From Syntrophales bacterium (GTDB lineage: Bacteria > Desulfobacterota > Syntrophia > Syntrophales > UBA2210): a stretch of DNA of 64,000 bases. The position numbers and the translations under genes are program-made. Position 1 is the first letter of the stretch. Every line of letters starts with the position of its first letter. Below, in pieces: positions 62,251 through 64,000 of the stretch. Below the pieces are notes generated by a model that was not told where the DNA came from, made no database searches, and was given only the letters and a program-made list of their open reading frames with translations. The DNA lies in contig CAXXKT010000001.1 in NCBI GenBank assembly GCA_963662405.2, positions 352,001 through 416,000 on the forward strand. The letters are read 5' to 3'.

Positions 62251-63672
62251 CTATGTGGCTTCTGCTGTAATTTCCGTTTTCGGGGCCTTCGGAAGATAGC
62301 GTTCAATATATTCTTCCTGAATGAGCTTGAGGTCCTCCGTGGGGAGCATGGAAAAGATGTTCCACGCCCTCCCCAGCGTCTCTTCAACCGTCCTCCGTTC
62401 CTTTTCGTCCTGTGATATGAATTCGTCTTCAAATCGATCCGAAGCGGCCAGATAGAGCCGGTCCCGATCACTCAGCGCCTCGGAACCGATGACGGTGGAG
62501 ATCTCCCGCAGGTAATTCCCCTCCGCATAGACGGCGTACGACTGCATGAAGGCGTTGTTGTGATCCTCCCGCGTGTTCCCCTCGCCGATCCCCTCCTTCA
62601 TCATCCGCGAGAGGGAGAGGAAGACATCAATGGGGGGATAGATCCGTTTGCGCTCCAAGGCCCGCGACAGGACGATCTGCCCCTCGGTGATATATCCCGT
62701 CAGGTCGGCGATCGGATGGGTAATGTCATCATCCGGCATCGTCAAAATGGGGATAATCGTCACGGAGCCTTCCTTGCCGCTGATCCTCCCCGCCCGTTCG
62801 TACAGAGAGGCAAGGTCCGTGTACATGTACCCCGGATACCCCCTCCTACTGGGTATTTCACCCCTCATGGCGGCAAGTTCCCTCAGGGCGTCACAGTAGT
62901 TGGTGATATCCGTCAGGATCACCAGGACATGCATGTCATGCTCCCAGGCCAGGTACTCCGCCGCCGTCAGCGCGAGGCGGGGGGTCGACAGCCGCTCGAT
63001 AACGGGGGAAGAGGCCGTATTGATGAATGCGACGGTCCGGCTAAGCGCGCCGGTCTCCTCCAGGTTCGCGATAAAATACCCCGCGTCGTCATAGCTGACA
63101 CCGATTGCGCCGAAGACGATGGCGAATTCTTCCGATTTTCCCTTCAGGGTCGCCTGGCGGAGGATCTGAGCGGCGATCTTGTTGTGAGGCAGACCCGATC
63201 CGCTGAAGATGGGAAGTTTCTGCCCGCGAACCAGGACGTTGAGTCCGTCTATCGCAGAGATCCCGGTCTCGATAAATTCCGCCGGAGGCATGCGCGATGC
63301 GGGATTTGCCGGCACACCGTTGATATCGAGGTAGCTATCCGCCACGATCGGGGGACCGCCATCTATAGGGTTCCCGCTTCCGTCGAAGATCCTCCCCATG
63401 ATATCCCCGGATACGGGAAGCTTCAGGGTTTCTCCCTTGTACTTGACCTTGCTGTTCAGGAGATCGACCTCACTCACCCCTCCGAAGACCTGAACGACGG
63501 TGGTCTCCTTCCCGACTTCAATGACCTGCCCGACCCGTATCTCACCGGTACCGAGCTGGACATCCACGATCTCATTGTATTTGATACCGGGGATACTCTC
63601 GATGACAAGGAGTGATCTCCGTGCGGTGCTGATTGCCTTCGTCTGTCTCGTAAATAGCTGCATAGCCTCCAC
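62251..63672 (-). CDS. A/V-type ATP synthase subunit B
   Basis: RGQKLPIFSGSGLPHN, RRGYPGYMYTDLA. Confidence 0.95.
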   Translation of the reverse strand: MEAMQLFTRQTKAISTARRSLLVIESIPGIKYNEIVDVQLGTGEIRVGQVIEVGKETTVVQVFGGVSEVDLLNSKVKYKGETLKLPVSGDIMGRIFDGSGNPIDGGPPIVADSYLDINGVPANPASRMPPAEFIETGISAIDGLNVLVRGQKLPIFSGSGLPHNKIAAQILRQATLKGKSEEFAIVFGAIGVSYDDAGYFIANLEETGALSRTVAFINTASSPVIERLSTPRLALTAAEYLAWEHDMHVLVILTDITNYCDALRELAAMRGEIPSRRGYPGYMYTDLASLYERAGRISGKEGSVTIIPILTMPDDDITHPIADLTGYITEGQIVLSRALERKRIYPPIDVFLSLSRMMKEGIGEGNTREDHNNAFMQSYAVYAEGNYLREISTVIGSEALSDRDRLYLAASDRFEDEFISQDEKERRTVEETLGRAWNIFSMLPTEDLKLIQEEYIERYLPKAPKTEITAEAT

Positions 63673-63680
63673 GCGCCTCC

Positions 63681-64000
63681 TTACACAAAGGGATTTTTAT
63701 CCATGTCGGACCATAACTGCTTCATGTATATGTCGAAATCCTCATTTGGTATATCCTTCATCCGTGATATCCGGGGGAGCATCTTCGAGGCGTTTATCTC
63801 ACTGACCAGCATCCCTGACTCGGTCGCCTCCTGCGCCAGTTCATAGAACTTCATGATGGCGCTGATCATCATGTGCGCCCGGGTGGGCTGTGTATAGGTA
63901 TCGACGGGATGATAGGCGCTCTGCATCAGGAAATCTTCCCTGATCAGGCGGGCGGCAAGGAGGACCAGCTTGTCATCTTCGGGAAGTGCCTCGGGTCCGA
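63681..64000 (-). CDS. A/V-type ATP synthase subunit A, C-terminal part
   Basis: GPEALPEDDKLVL..IREDFLMQSAYHPVD. Confidence 0.9.
   Translation of the reverse strand, partial: GPEALPEDDKLVLLAARLIREDFLMQSAYHPVDTYTQPTRAHMMISAIMKFYELAQEATESGMLVSEINASKMLPRISRMKDIPNEDFDIYMKQLWSDMDKNPFV

Noticed and set aside
62560..63615. 351-aa plus-strand ORF
   Set aside because: Antisense shadow of ATPase subunit B

Overview
Chromosomal window from a probable anaerobic deltaproteobacterium (Syntrophales/Desulfobacterota-like; inferred from gene content). Mostly housekeeping and metabolic genes: paaK-like ligase, trxA, bamD, rlmN, mutS, folE2, queD, kdsD, nrdDG with tandem NrdR boxes, purB, UvrD-family helicase, adk, PTS IID/HPr/EI, plsB, eno and the distal part of an A/V-type ATP synthase operon. 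An accessory stretch spans about 31-52 kb. The main observation is an intact IS110 element (35739-37132) whose left non-coding end folds into a two-loop bridge-RNA-like structure. One loop carries AAAGGAG, matching the insertion target; the other carries ATAGGAG and CATTC, matching the circle junction. The element sits in, and regenerates, a Shine-Dalgarno sequence, and its joined ends form a TTGACT-17bp-TAAAAA promoter. Other notable items: a three-copy ~110-bp hairpin-ended repeat at the 3' ends of accessory genes (one copy split by an IS3), an AT-rich EVE-like plus coiled-coil/2TM gene pair, a UxxC selenoprotein missed by the ORF track, an exosortase with an IPTL-CTERM candidate substrate, a normally fused kinase/P-loop gene split by a PHP phosphatase, and a MarR regulon with a visible operator. 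All family calls come from motif recognition by eye; no searches were run.
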